From the human T2T-CHM13v2.0 reference genome, Homo sapiens, in assembly GCF_009914755.1 (NCBI RefSeq), contig NC_060939.1: a stretch of DNA of 64,000 nt. One strand, 5' to 3'. Positions 61,824-64,000 of this stretch are shown here, one piece after another. A program made the position numbers and the translations under genes. The notes beneath the pieces were generated by a model. That model saw only the letters and a program-made list of their open reading frames with translations, did no database searches and had not been told where the DNA came from. How positions within the stretch are numbered: the first letter of the stretch is position 1; each line of letters begins with the position of its first letter.

Positions 61824-63416
61824 TAATTCTTGTTAGCCCAACAGCTGTTCTGTTCTATCTACCCCTCATTTCACGCTCAAGGAGTCATACCTAGAATAGT
61901 TACACACAAGAGGGAAACTGGAAGCCAAACACTGTACAGTATTGTGTAGAAAGTCACCTCCCTACTCCTTTTATTTTACATGAGTGCTGATGTGTTTTGG
62001 CAGATGAGCTTTCAGCTGAGGCCTGATGGAAATTGAGATAACCTGCAAAGACATAACAGTATTTATGAGTTATATCTTAGTTCTTGAAATTGTGGAATGC
62101 ATGATTGACAATATATTTTTAATTTTTATTTTTTCAAGTAATACCAGTACTGTTTAACTATAGCCAGAACTGGCTAAAATTTTTATATTTTCAGAGTTGA
62201 AGTTGGTGAAGACATTCATGATTTAAACACCAGATCCTGAAAGGGGTTAAATCTACTTTGAAATGAATCTGCAATCAGTATTTCAAAGCTTTTCTGGTAA
62301 TTTTAGTGATCTTATTTGATTAGACTTTTTCAGAAGTACTAAATAAGGAATTTTAACAGGTTTTTATTAATGCACAGATAAATAGAAGTACAGTGAGGTC
62401 TATAGCCATTTTATTAAAATAGCTTAAAAGTTTGTAAAAAAATGAATCTTTGTAATTACTTAATATGTTAGTTAAGAACCCGTCAAGCTTATATTTGCTA
62501 GACTTACAAATTATTTTAAATGCATTTATCTTTTTTGACACTATTCAGTGGAATGTGTAAGCTAGCTAATTCTTGTTTTCTGATTTAAAGCACTTTTAAA
62601 TCTTATCCTGCCCCCTAAAAACAAAAGGTTTTGATCACAAGGGGAAATTTAAGATTGTTAACCCTGTTTTTCAGAAGGGCTACTGTTAATTGCACATAAA
62701 CATGAAATGTGTTTTCCCCTGTGTACTAACACATTCTAGGCAAAATTCAAACTTATAGTGGTAAAGAAACAGGTTGTTCACTTGCTGAGGTGCAAAAATT
62801 CTTAAGACTTCTGTTTGAAATTGCTCAATGACTAGGAAAAGATGTAGTAGTTTACTAAAATTGTTTTTCTACCATATCAAATTAAACAATTCATGCCTTT
62901 ATAGGGTCAGGCCTACAATGAATAGGTATGGTGGTTTCACAGAATTTTAAAATAGAGTTAAAGGGAAGTGATGTACATTTCGGGGGCATTAGGGTAGGGA
63001 GATGAATCAAAAAATACCCCTAGTAATGCTTTATATTTTAATACTGCAAAAGCTTTACAAATGGAAACCATGCAATTACCTGCCTTAGTTCTTTTGTCAT
63101 AAAAACAATCACTTGGTTGGTTGTATTGTAGCTATTACTTATACAGCAACATTTCTTCAATTAGCAGTCTAGACATTTTATAAACAGAAATCTTGGACCA
63201 ATTGATAATATTTCTGACTGTATTAATATTTTAGTGCTATAAAATACTATGTGAATCTCTTAAAAATCTGACATTTTACAGTCTGTATTAGACATACTGT
63301 TTTTATAATGTTTTACTTCTGCCTTAAGATTTAGGTTTTTTAAATGTATTTTTGCCCTGAATTAAGTGTTAATTTGATGGAAACTCTGCTTTTAAAATCA
63401 TCATTTACTGGGTTCT

Positions 63417-63434
63417 AATAAATTAAAAATTAAA
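63417..63434 (+). terminator. Distal polyadenylation signal cluster
   Basis: AATAAA 63417-63422, ATTAAA 63422-63427 and 63429-63434, followed by CA and a U/GU-rich stretch (cttgtttcactgttttg). Confidence 0.8.
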
Positions 63435-63562
63435 CTTGTTTCACTGTTTTGCTGATTCTAATACATACACAAACATCACACCCATGATGTAAATACATTT
63501 TAACACTAAAATCTGAGTAAGTTTAGCACTCATTTTAAGTTAAGCTAAACTAAAAAACCAAA

Positions 63563-63854
63563 TTTTTTTTTTTGAAACGGAGTCTCACTCTGTTGCCCAG
63601 GCTGGAGTGCAGTGGCGCATCTCAGCTCACTGCAACTTCTGTCTCCCGGATTCAAGCAATTCTCCTGCCTCAGCCTCCCAAGTAGCTGGGATTACAGGCA
63701 CGTGCCACCACACCTGGCTAATTTTTGTATTTTTGGTAGAGACAGGGTTTCACCATGTTGGCCAGGCTGGTCTCAAACTCCTGACCTCAGGTGATCCACC
63801 TGCCTTGACCTCCCAAAGTGCTGGGATTACAGGCATGAGCTACCATACCCGTCC
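63563..63854 (-). mobile_element. Antisense AluS downstream of the gene end
   Basis: Alu consensus; TSD aaaaccaaat. Confidence 0.9.
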
Positions 63855-64000
63855 TGAAAACCAAATATTTTTACACCAGGGCTCTTTACTGTAGGTCTAG
63901 TTTATTCAACAAATATTGAATGCCTATTATGTGCCCAGCATTGTTCTAGGTATTAAGATAAGTGGATAAGATAGACAAGGTCTCTGTTCGCATGGAGCGT

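Overview
Human/primate genomic DNA, AT-rich and very repeat-dense; not microbial. On the + strand it carries the 3' part of GOLM2 (CASC4): four phase-1 coding exons (27371-27469, 28487-28657, 50569-50736, 61017-61087) and a ~2.35 kb 3' UTR ending at a poly(A) signal cluster near 63417. The rest is intron. The first 14 kb is a nest of retroelements: an L1MA 3' end and an old L1MC1-like ORF2 scaffold, into which a full-length GAPDH processed pseudogene, an L1PA4-like stub, a 4.6 kb dead L1PA2/3 and about eight Alus inserted. There are roughly 80 Alu/FLAM copies in total, plus MLT2A and MST solo LTRs and MER fragments. I found no new gene system. The most unusual signal is at 16.8-17.6 kb: beside a (TA)23 tract inside an MLT2A LTR lies a fixed chain of at least four templated insertions copied from 1-4 kb away in both orientations, with 5-nt microhomology at two junctions. 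One piece preserves the empty allele of a later AluY insertion. Smaller templated-copy scars lie at 8.3, 26.2 and 44.1 kb. GOLM2 also shows several candidate alternative C-terminus and 3'-end options. Repeat subfamily names and exon numbers come from memory, not from a search.
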